Origin: an uncultured Candidatus Micrarchaeota archaeon
GTDB taxonomy: Archaea; Micrarchaeota; Micrarchaeia; Micrarchaeales; Micrarchaeaceae
Direction of reading: 5' to 3'
DNA length: 64,000 nucleotides
Assembly: GCA_963741095.1 (NCBI GenBank)
Contig: CAVUGN010000002.1
Span: 201,546 to 265,545, forward strand
In this document: positions 56,337 through 64,000 of the stretch, piece by piece
Layout of the letters: each line of letters opens with the position of its first letter
How positions within the stretch are numbered: position 1 is the stretch's first letter
Notes under the pieces: model-generated
Databases searched by the model: none
What the model was told of the DNA's origin: nothing
Seen by the model: the letters and a program-made list of their open reading frames with translations, nothing else
Made by a program: the position numbers and the translations under genes

Positions 56337-56453
56337 AACAAAACCCTTCGCGCCGACCCGCTATCGAAGAAGCTATGCCTGTATAAGTATATAAATATGG
56401 CGCTGAGAAATTGTGCTGATGTCGTTGATTCTCATCGTTCGGGGTGCCCTAGG

Positions 56454-57011
56454 ATGGAGCTGAGGGCCGGGGGCTTCAGGATAAGCCTGATGACGCTGCG
56501 CGCCGAAGACGCCAGCGACCTTGCCGGCCACGCCAGCGATCCGGAGATAACCCGCAACGTTGCGAGGTTCGGGGAATTTCCCTACCCCTACACCACAGAG
56601 AACGCCCTGTCGTTCATAGACTCCCTGCGAGAGAGGCAGTCTGCCGGCAGCGAGTTGCACTTCGGCATAACGCTCAAAGGCAGAACCATCGGCGCGTGCG
56701 CCCTCCTGAAAATCGATGGACAGAAGCACGGGGCGGAGATCGGCTATTGGATCGGAAGGAAATACTGGGGCATGGGCTATGCCAAAGAGGCCCTCATGCT
56801 CCTGCTCGGATTTGGTTTTTCCAAACTCGGTCTGAACACTGTATCCGCGCGAACCTTCAGATTCAATGAACGGTCCATAAAGCTCCTCAAATCAACGGGC
56901 TTCTCGGAAGAAGCTCCGGCCCCGGGCGAGCGGCATGACGACGAGCTGGAGTACCGCATCCACAAAAAGGATTACCTCAACCCGACCGGTTTCGAGGCGA
57001 TTGACGAATAG
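56454..57011 (+). CDS. GNAT acetyltransferase, RimJ/RimL type
   Basis: FPYPYT, AEIGYWIG..YWG.GYA.EA and N.RS..LL...GF; real start is the ATG at 56454. Confidence 0.9.
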   Translation: MELRAGGFRISLMTLRAEDASDLAGHASDPEITRNVARFGEFPYPYTTENALSFIDSLRERQSAGSELHFGITLKGRTIGACALLKIDGQKHGAEIGYWIGRKYWGMGYAKEALMLLLGFGFSKLGLNTVSARTFRFNERSIKLLKSTGFSEEAPAPGERHDDELEYRIHKKDYLNPTGFEAIDE

Positions 57012-57067
57012 GATGCGGTTTCTGGGGCAATTGATGCGCATCCTTTATATATCTTTAATCTGTAGAT

Positions 57068-57829
57068 TTGGTTTGTGGGTCTGTGAGGAAGAAGATCTTT
57101 TACATCGGCATCGCGATCTTTGTAATAGCCTTGATACTGTTCTTTGTATCCGGGACTCTTTACAGCAGCACGCTGTCCAGAGTGATCATAACAAAAAACT
57201 TGACGGTCAATAGCGGCGGATTCGCGTTCGCTCCGGTGGGAACGGGCGACGCCTCTCTGGTCGCAGTCTATGCCGCTTCGACCAACAACACGAACGTCTA
57301 TCTCTTCAACTCCAGCGCGTTCGGGCTGTGGAGCAGCCACATGACTGGCAACTATACCGCCAGCGGGCTTGCCTTTGCCCGCACGCTCGGCACAAGCAAC
57401 ACCGCGGTGATAAACGAAAACACCAGCGGCTCGCAGATAATACTCACGCAGGGGCCAAGCGACCTCGGGATCAACGGCTCGGTCATAGGGCTGGACCAAT
57501 TCAATGGCACGGCGTACGTTGTCATAGACAACAGCAAGGGGAGCTATTCCTCCAACACGGCACTGAAGGCGGTGGTATCCTATTTCAAGATGACCTCAGC
57601 GAATCTCAACACCTACGAGGAGATAGCGATAACGGAGCTGGTTGTGATTCTGGTGGGCATTGCGGGCATAATCCTGGCGGTGTACGGCGCAATAAAGAAG
57701 CCGCCAAGCCCTGCGGCCGAACCGGGCGCAAAAAGCGCGGCCGGGGATCCCTCCAGCAAGGAATATATAGATTCCTTGTACAAGAATGTCGATAAGTCGA
57801 AAGGGAAGAAGAAGGGAGATGGAAGTTAG
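57068..57829 (+). CDS. Hypothetical membrane protein (TM - extracellular beta domain - TM)
   Basis: Two TM helices flanking an Asn/Ser/Thr-rich domain. Confidence 0.7.
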   Translation: MVCGSVRKKIFYIGIAIFVIALILFFVSGTLYSSTLSRVIITKNLTVNSGGFAFAPVGTGDASLVAVYAASTNNTNVYLFNSSAFGLWSSHMTGNYTASGLAFARTLGTSNTAVINENTSGSQIILTQGPSDLGINGSVIGLDQFNGTAYVVIDNSKGSYSSNTALKAVVSYFKMTSANLNTYEEIAITELVVILVGIAGIILAVYGAIKKPPSPAAEPGAKSAAGDPSSKEYIDSLYKNVDKSKGKKKGDGS

Positions 57830-57852
57830 GAAGTGTTTGATCGGTTGATACG

Positions 57853-58545
57853 GTGGATGAACTCCGAGAGAAGATTGCGGGCGAGATAACCCTAGCGGAG
57901 AGCCCCGGCAGCGCCATGAAGAAGTGGAGGGAGCTCTTCGGCGTGACGCAGATAGAGCTCGCAAAGCAGATAAAGATCTCGACCTCCACGATAAGCGACT
58001 ACGAGAGCAACAGGAGGCTGAGCCCCGGCGTCGGCGTGATAAAAAGATTTGTCGAGGCGCTGTTCATCATAGACGAGGTCCACGGCGGCACCGTCAAGAA
58101 CGGCCTTGAGAGGATGTCGACCAAGTCGGAGGAAAAAGCGTCGTTCTACACGATACATGATTTCACGGCTCCGATAAGCGGATTGGATTTCAACAGAATA
58201 ATCGAAGGCAAGGTCATAGCGAACCCGAACTATCTCGATTCTATAAAGCTGTTCGGCTACACAAGGCTTGACAGCCTCAGGGTCATACTCGAACTGTCGC
58301 CAGCGGAATACCCGAAGCTCTTCGGCTCCACAACGGAGCGGGCGTTCATCTTCGAGCACGTCTCATCTGGAAGGTCGCCGCTGGTGGTGATAAGGGTCTC
58401 CCCGATAAAGCCGAAGGTGATAGTCATACACAACGTCACCACTGTCGACAAGCTTGCCATAAAGATAGCGCAGATCGAGAAGATACCTCTGCTTGTCACT
58501 AAGCTTGACATAGAAGAGGTCTACAAGAGACTCAGCAAGCTGTGA
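57853..58545 (+). CDS. XRE-HTH transcriptional regulator (COG1709 type)
   Basis: IAGEI.L..SPG..MKKWRE.F...Q.ELA, ISDYE..RR.SPG and VSSGRSP.V.IRV. Confidence 0.9.
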   Translation: MDELREKIAGEITLAESPGSAMKKWRELFGVTQIELAKQIKISTSTISDYESNRRLSPGVGVIKRFVEALFIIDEVHGGTVKNGLERMSTKSEEKASFYTIHDFTAPISGLDFNRIIEGKVIANPNYLDSIKLFGYTRLDSLRVILELSPAEYPKLFGSTTERAFIFEHVSSGRSPLVVIRVSPIKPKVIVIHNVTTVDKLAIKIAQIEKIPLLVTKLDIEEVYKRLSKL

Positions 58546-59286
58546 TCAGCCCCAGACATCGCACTTTATCTTTCCTTCCGGAATCCCCAAAGAGAGAAGC
58601 GCTTCCTTCATCGCCTTTGCGAAATTGAGCGGTCCGCACACGTAGGGCACGCGCTCCGCGAAGTCCGGCGCGCACTTCTTTATCATGTCCGCATCTATGT
58701 GGCCCGTCTGGCCAGTCCATCCATCCCCCTGCTGGGGGCGCGTCACGGTCACCACCGTATTCAGGTTGATGCGCTTGCCAAGCTCGGCCAGCTCGTCCTT
58801 CCTTATGATCTCATTCGGGTACTTCACGCTGTATAACATCGAAACGTCGTTGCCCGAGGACATGAGGTCTATCTCCCTGAGCATCGACATGAACGGGGCC
58901 AGGCCTGTCCCGCCGGCAAGGAAGAGCACCTTCTTATCCGCATTTGGTGCAAACTTGAACTGGCCGTATGGGCCCGTGAAATAGTACGCGTCGCCCACCT
59001 TCGCATTCTCCAACTTCGAGGTGAGCTTGCCGTGCACCATGCTTATGTAGAATTCGAGGAAGTCCTGGCTGGGCGCCGATGCGATCGAGAAGGCCCTTGC
59101 GGTCTTCTCCTTGGTCTGGGGATCCACATAGGCGACCATCACAAACATCCCCGGCTCGAATCCCATCTTCGACTTGTCCTGCGATTCGAACCTGAAAAGC
59201 ACCACGTCCGGAGTCTCCTTCAACATCTCCGTTATCGCGCACAACTTGTCGGTGAAATTTGTGGGTATCGCTGGCATGGCGGTCAC
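58546..59286 (-). CDS. Ferredoxin-NADP+ reductase-like FAD oxidoreductase
   Basis: RAFSIAS, GPYGQF, AGGTGLAPF and YVCGP. Confidence 0.92.
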   Translation of the reverse strand: MTAMPAIPTNFTDKLCAITEMLKETPDVVLFRFESQDKSKMGFEPGMFVMVAYVDPQTKEKTARAFSIASAPSQDFLEFYISMVHGKLTSKLENAKVGDAYYFTGPYGQFKFAPNADKKVLFLAGGTGLAPFMSMLREIDLMSSGNDVSMLYSVKYPNEIIRKDELAELGKRINLNTVVTVTRPQQGDGWTGQTGHIDADMIKKCAPDFAERVPYVCGPLNFAKAMKEALLSLGIPEGKIKCDVWG

Positions 59287-60005
59287 GCTATGAAATTCAT
59301 TATGATCTCATTGATCTTGTCCGGATGGGTGTAATGCGGGCTGTGCCCGGCTCCGTCTATTATCTCTAGCCTGCAGTTCTTTATCCCTTTGGCAAAGATG
59401 TTGGCGAACTTGCTGTCCAGTACCTTGTCGTTGCTGCCCCACACCACCACGGTCTGGGTGTCTATCTTTGCAAGGGTGTCAAGATCAAGCATGTCCTTGT
59501 CGGAGTCGACTATGCTCTTCAGCACATACTCCTTGTTGTCATTCACGGCCATGGCAGACTTCACCATTTCCTCCTTGTTGCTGTCGATGCCTTCCTCGGT
59601 CATCTCATCAAAAAATTTCTTCAATCCGGCCGGGTCCTCAAGAATTATTCCCCGGCTGGCAAAATGCTGGGCGGCATAATACGCTGCGACCCAACCTCCA
59701 TAGGAATGGCCGAACAGGTAACAGTCCTCGTCTATCAGCGCGATGAATTCCTTCAGCACTTGGGCCTGAACGTCAATAGTGTAATCTATCCTCGGAGCGT
59801 CCGACTTGCCGTGGCCCAGCAGGTCGATGAGATATATGTCAAGCTCTTTTGGCATGACCGTCATGAGCTTCGACCACACCTGTGAAGTCGCACCGAACCC
59901 ATGCAGGAAGATGATGGACTTGCCGCTTCCGCTGTGGTGCTTGTAGTACACTGCGCCGAACGAGGTGCTCTCCAATCCCTCTTCAAAATCTTTTTCGTAA
60001 TCCAT
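59283..60005 (-). CDS. Alpha/beta hydrolase
   Basis: FLHGFG, DLLGHG.S, GHSYGG nucleophile elbow, WG..D and AGH. Confidence 0.93.
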   Translation of the reverse strand: MDYEKDFEEGLESTSFGAVYYKHHSGSGKSIIFLHGFGATSQVWSKLMTVMPKELDIYLIDLLGHGKSDAPRIDYTIDVQAQVLKEFIALIDEDCYLFGHSYGGWVAAYYAAQHFASRGIILEDPAGLKKFFDEMTEEGIDSNKEEMVKSAMAVNDNKEYVLKSIVDSDKDMLDLDTLAKIDTQTVVVWGSNDKVLDSKFANIFAKGIKNCRLEIIDGAGHSPHYTHPDKINEIIMNFIA

Positions 60006-60024
60006 GCAATCCGCTCCTTATCCA

Positions 60025-61395
60025 TCACATTCTGATCTTATCCTCCTTTTTTACGTTGCTTTTGTTTTGAGTTTCTGTAAAATATACCTTGTTAGCTTCT
60101 AAATTTATGTCCCTTCTGTACTGCTCTCCCATAAAATGTATCCTATCAAGGTATTCATAAGCCTTCATTCTTGATCCCTGCGAGGTTTTATCAAGACCCA
60201 CAACATCAAGCACCCTACCACCATCAGTTATCAACAGCCCGTCTTTGAATTTAGTTCCAGCGTGAAATATAATAATATCTTTCGAAGGCGTTGATCCCGT
60301 TACGCCACTTATCGCTCTCCCTAGGTTACCTTTGTGATCAAAAGGATACCCCTTCGAGGCCATAACAACGCACGTTGCATTAAGCTCGTTGAAAATATCT
60401 TTGGATTTCACCCCGATACCGTGTCCGTTAGAGATAGAACGCATTTCGCTCAAGAGGTCAAAATTCAGTCTCGGTAATATTACCTGTGCCTCCGGATCCC
60501 CGAGTCTAGCGTTGAATTCTAGCACCATCGGTCCCTTTTCAGTTATCATCAATGCCACAAACAAGAAACCACTAAACCCTGTTTTTTCCACTGTAGGATA
60601 AACAACAGTCTTCATAACGCCGTCAATCAATTTGGGGTCAAACTCCGACGCTGGGGAATAAGCACCCATACTTCCTGTGTTGGGTCCTTTTCCACCATCA
60701 AGAAGCCGTTTATAATCAACCGCACTACCAATGTATGTTGCATTCTTGCCGTCGCATAGTGCAAACAATGACAACTCTTTACCGTAAAGTTTATCCTCCA
60801 CAATTATTCTATCGCCCGCCGAGCCGAATTTTTTTGCGTCCAAGATACTGAAGATCGCCGCTTCTGCCTCTTTTTCGGAAGAACATACGAAGACTCCCTT
60901 ACCCTCTGCCAGTCCATCCGCTTTTACCACAACATTCCATGCTTTACTCCTGGCATATCTGATCGCCGCTCCTGAATTTACAAACGTCTCAAAATCAGCA
61001 GTGGGTATTCCGTTGTCTCTCATGAACTGTTTCCCGTACCTCTTACTTGACTCAAGGAGTGCCTGCTGCGCCGTCGGCCCAAAAATCGGCAACCCCCTAG
61101 CGCGGAAATAATCTACTATCCCGTCCGCCAAAGGCTTATCCTGCCCCACTACGGTGAAACAGTCATGTTCACGCGCAAATTTATACAAAGCACCAAAGTC
61201 TTCAGGACCTATATTCACATTATGTTCAATTGTGCCCCCATTGCCTGGGGCGATGTAAACCTCACCAACAATGCTGCTTTTACTGCATGCCCATAGCAAT
61301 GCATGCTCTCTACCACCAGAGCCAACAACCAGCACATTTACTTTCTCAATGCCATTAAAGGAACTGTTTTCATCCCTCAATCCAACCGATACCAT
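60025..61395 (-). CDS. purD: Phosphoribosylamine--glycine ligase
   Basis: VVGSGGREHAL, APGNGG, VVKADGLAEGKGV, GPNTG.MGAYSP, EFNARLGDPE.Q and GGRVL. Confidence 0.95.
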   Translation of the reverse strand: MVSVGLRDENSSFNGIEKVNVLVVGSGGREHALLWACSKSSIVGEVYIAPGNGGTIEHNVNIGPEDFGALYKFAREHDCFTVVGQDKPLADGIVDYFRARGLPIFGPTAQQALLESSKRYGKQFMRDNGIPTADFETFVNSGAAIRYARSKAWNVVVKADGLAEGKGVFVCSSEKEAEAAIFSILDAKKFGSAGDRIIVEDKLYGKELSLFALCDGKNATYIGSAVDYKRLLDGGKGPNTGSMGAYSPASEFDPKLIDGVMKTVVYPTVEKTGFSGFLFVALMITEKGPMVLEFNARLGDPEAQVILPRLNFDLLSEMRSISNGHGIGVKSKDIFNELNATCVVMASKGYPFDHKGNLGRAISGVTGSTPSKDIIIFHAGTKFKDGLLITDGGRVLDVVGLDKTSQGSRMKAYEYLDRIHFMGEQYRRDINLEANKVYFTETQNKSNVKKEDKIRM

Positions 61396-61406
61396 TGATC
61401 CTCCTC

Positions 61407-62786
61407 CTATGGCTTCTTGTTGCTCTTGCCGTAGAAGAAGTGTATCGACCTTCCGAGCGCGGCCTCCGCCGCTTCTTGCACGGCCTCGCTGTAGGTCGGA
61501 TGCGGATGTATGGTGTCTGCAATGTCCTCAAGCGTCGCGCCCATCTCTATAGCAAGCGCAGCCTCAGATATCATCGCGTTCGCTTCGTCGGAGACGATCT
61601 CGATACCTTTTATCACATTCTCTTGATCGTAAGCAATCTTCACGAAGCCGTTTGTCGTGTCAAGTGCGATGCTCCTGCCAAGTGCGGTGAGCGGGAACTT
61701 GGTTATCCTTATGCCTTCGGATTCCTCCACGCTGCCAGCAATCGCTACCTCTGGATCGGAGAATATGACTGCCGGAACCACGAGGTTGTCGTACGAGGAG
61801 TTCTCTCCCGACGCAACCTCTGCCGCGACAACGCCCTGCCGAATGGCTTTATGCGCCAGCAGCGGCTGCCCGATCACGTCGCCGACTGCGAGTATGTTCG
61901 GGTCAGAAGTGCGCAGCGCGCTATCGACCTTTATGAATCCCTTTTCATCAAGCTGGACCTTGGTGTTCTCCAATCCAAGGCCCGTGGTGTACGGTGTCAA
62001 TCCCGTTGCCACGATTATCATTTCGGCTTCTATGGACTTTCCATCGCTCAGGGTCACCGAATTGGCGCCGTGCGATGCCGGGTTCACGCCGGTGTAAACA
62101 TCAATGTCAAGTTCCTTCATCTTCGCCTTTATCAGGTCCACGGCCTCTCTGTCGAACGTGCGCAGCACGTCCGATCTGGCGATGATGCTCACCTTGCTGC
62201 CGAGCTTCGCGTAGAGCGTGCCTATCTCGACCGCAACATAGCCTGCGCCCACAATCACGATCGATTTGGGTATGTGGTCCAGCATCAATGCTCCCTTGTA
62301 GTCTATCACATTGCCCCCGAACTCGAAGCCTGGCAGAACGGTGGGCTCGGAACCGGTCGCTATTATCGCCTTCTTGAAATCAAGCGAGGTGCCGTTCGTC
62401 AGCTGCAGGGTGCCGGAATTCAGGAAAGTGGCCTCGCCCTTTACGACTTCGATGCCGTTGGACTTGCAGAGGAATTCGACTCCTATCTCCAGCTTCCTCG
62501 ACACATCCATGCGCCATCCCAACATGCGCTTGGCGTCAAGGGACACGGAGCCTACATCGATGCCGAACTTCTGCGAATGTTGCGCCTCGTAGAATATGTC
62601 GGATATCTTTATCAGGACCTTCGAAGGTATGCAGGCATAGTTCAGGCAGTGGCCTCCCATCTTTTCCTTCTCTACCAGCGCGACATCCATGCCCAGCTCA
62701 GCCGCCCTTATGGCCGCGCAGTAACCGCCAACGCCTCCGCCGACCACTGCAAGATCCACACCTTCCGGCAGAGAGCCCATTACCAT
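61407..62786 (-). CDS. lpdA: Dihydrolipoamide dehydrogenase (E3)
   Basis: GGG.GGY..AIRAA, GGHCLNYACIPSK redox disulfide and HPHPT.SE. Confidence 0.95.
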   Translation of the reverse strand: MVMGSLPEGVDLAVVGGGVGGYCAAIRAAELGMDVALVEKEKMGGHCLNYACIPSKVLIKISDIFYEAQHSQKFGIDVGSVSLDAKRMLGWRMDVSRKLEIGVEFLCKSNGIEVVKGEATFLNSGTLQLTNGTSLDFKKAIIATGSEPTVLPGFEFGGNVIDYKGALMLDHIPKSIVIVGAGYVAVEIGTLYAKLGSKVSIIARSDVLRTFDREAVDLIKAKMKELDIDVYTGVNPASHGANSVTLSDGKSIEAEMIIVATGLTPYTTGLGLENTKVQLDEKGFIKVDSALRTSDPNILAVGDVIGQPLLAHKAIRQGVVAAEVASGENSSYDNLVVPAVIFSDPEVAIAGSVEESEGIRITKFPLTALGRSIALDTTNGFVKIAYDQENVIKGIEIVSDEANAMISEAALAIEMGATLEDIADTIHPHPTYSEAVQEAAEAALGRSIHFFYGKSNKKP

Positions 62787-62798
62787 GTTGTCAACCTT

Positions 62799-64000
62799 CT
62801 AAGCAAGAGATTCCAGGAAAGTGGCGTCCTGCAGGTACTTCATGATGGCGTTGCCGAACTTCACCGCTTCTGCGCCGTCCACCACCCTGTGGTCGAACGA
62901 TATCTCGAAAGGCAGGACTTTTCCTACAACCACCTGCCCGTCCTTCACCACGGGCATGTCCTTGATCATGTTTATGCCGAGTATCGCGGCTTCAGGATAG
63001 TTTATCATCGGTACTGATAGGAAGCCCCCTCCCAGGCTGCCGATGTTCGTTATCGTGAAAGAGCTGTCGCGCATCTCGTCCAGTGTGATGGTCATGTTCA
63101 TCACTTTTTCATGGAGTGCCTGTATCTCCTTTGCGATGTCTATCACGCCCTTCGTGTCCGCATCCTTTATCACGACAACCTTCAACCCATCGGGAGCTTC
63201 TGCCGCAAGGCCGATGTTGTAATACTTCTTCCTTATTATCTCCAGCTTCTCGTGGTCATAGCTGACATTGAAGTTCGGATTCTCCTTCAGTGCGGCTATC
63301 ACCGCCTTTATTATGAACGGAAAGAAGGTCAGCTTGACGTTGAGCGTGCTCAGTATGACCGGCTTTTCCTTCTGCACCACATTGAACAGCGCGGTTGCGT
63401 CTATAAGGTCCATGTGCACCGCCCTGGGTATGGTCCACGAAGCCTCCATGTTCCTTGCTATCGCCTTCCTTGTCTGTGTTAGCGGTATGCGCTCTATCTT
63501 GTCATCGTGCTGCGCCTCAAGGACTTCGGAGAATTTCGGCACCTGCTTAACGGGTACCGTCTGGTTGACCGCGCTCCTCACATCGTTCTCAAGAACCCGG
63601 CCGTTGGGCCCTGTGGCCGTAACTTTTGATATGTCAACGTTAAGATCATGCGCCAGCTTCCTGACCGCCGGAGTGGCCATTATCTCTTTCACCGCCGCAA
63701 CCTTTGGCTGTTGTGCCGTTGTCGATTGTGCCTGCGCGGTTGGCGCCGCCGCCTTTGCAACGACCGGTTGCACCGGTGCACCCGAACCTATTGCCGCCAG
63801 CTCCTGAGCTTCACCTATATAAGCAACCATATCGCCGACATGCACCGTGGTGTTCTCCGGTGCTGCTATCTTGACTATGCCGTCTATCGGCGAGGGCACG
63901 TTCACCACCGCTTTGTCTGTTTCTACCTGTACCAAGGTCTGGTCCTCCTTCACCCTGTCGCCGTCATTGACCAGCCACTTCCTTATGTGACCCTCGGTTA
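62799..64000 (-). CDS. Dihydrolipoamide acyltransferase (E2) of a 2-oxoacid dehydrogenase complex, 5' end truncated by the window
   Basis: Lipoyl motif VETDKA, E3-binding ATPAVRKLA...TGPNGRV and catalytic SFDHRVVDG; the frame continues past 64000. Confidence 0.93.
   Translation of the reverse strand, partial: TEGHIRKWLVNDGDRVKEDQTLVQVETDKAVVNVPSPIDGIVKIAAPENTTVHVGDMVAYIGEAQELAAIGSGAPVQPVVAKAAAPTAQAQSTTAQQPKVAAVKEIMATPAVRKLAHDLNVDISKVTATGPNGRVLENDVRSAVNQTVPVKQVPKFSEVLEAQHDDKIERIPLTQTRKAIARNMEASWTIPRAVHMDLIDATALFNVVQKEKPVILSTLNVKLTFFPFIIKAVIAALKENPNFNVSYDHEKLEIIRKKYYNIGLAAEAPDGLKVVVIKDADTKGVIDIAKEIQALHEKVMNMTITLDEMRDSSFTITNIGSLGGGFLSVPMINYPEAAILGINMIKDMPVVKDGQVVVGKVLPFEISFDHRVVDGAEAVKFGNAIMKYLQDATFLESLA

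Noticed and set aside
55389-56453. N-terminal 355 aa of the 540-aa ORF ending at 57011, an apparent large GNAT fusion
   Set aside because: This part is antisense to the KaiC-like and Cys-rich genes. The GNAT domain has its own TATA-like box and start at 56454.
61395-63017. 540-aa plus-strand ORF
   Set aside because: It is the antisense shadow of lpdA/E2, has no motifs, and is explained by codon bias on the coding strand.

Overview
This is a gene-dense archaeal chromosome segment. The archaeal assignment rests on Rpo7/Spt4, eS24, eS31, uL16, aIF-5A, aEF-1beta, Dph2, RFC-L, a histone, tRNA-Arg(GCG), TATA boxes and GGTGA-type Shine-Dalgarno (SD) motifs. The KAQSAMEYLMTYGWAIL pilins, several FtsZ copies, Cys-rich surface proteins and patchy metabolism suggest a DPANN lineage, most likely Micrarchaeota (inference). 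Most of the window is housekeeping. Five things stand out. (1) An ~8 kb, tightly coupled, relaxase- and integrase-free operon (31.5-39.2 kb) resembling a domesticated T4SS or Ced/Ted-type transfer machine: a VirB2/CedA1-like pilin, a CedA/VirB6-like channel, two HerA/VirB4-type ATPases and small membrane proteins, followed by a toxin-antitoxin pair with an unannotated, possibly degenerate RelE-like toxin. (2) A clear cobalamin riboswitch upstream of an ECF S-component-like gene, unusual for an archaeon. (3) A 2400-aa surface protein with an N-terminal spherulin-4/GH135 glycoside hydrolase domain and Cys-rich repeats. (4) Three tandem type IV pilins with conserved blocks and a hypervariable disulfide loop. 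(5) Three FtsZ paralogues plus SepF, a histone variant with an Arg-rich C-terminal tail, tandem ankyrin proteins and an oversized HMG-CoA synthase. All calls come from motif recognition by eye; no database searches were run.
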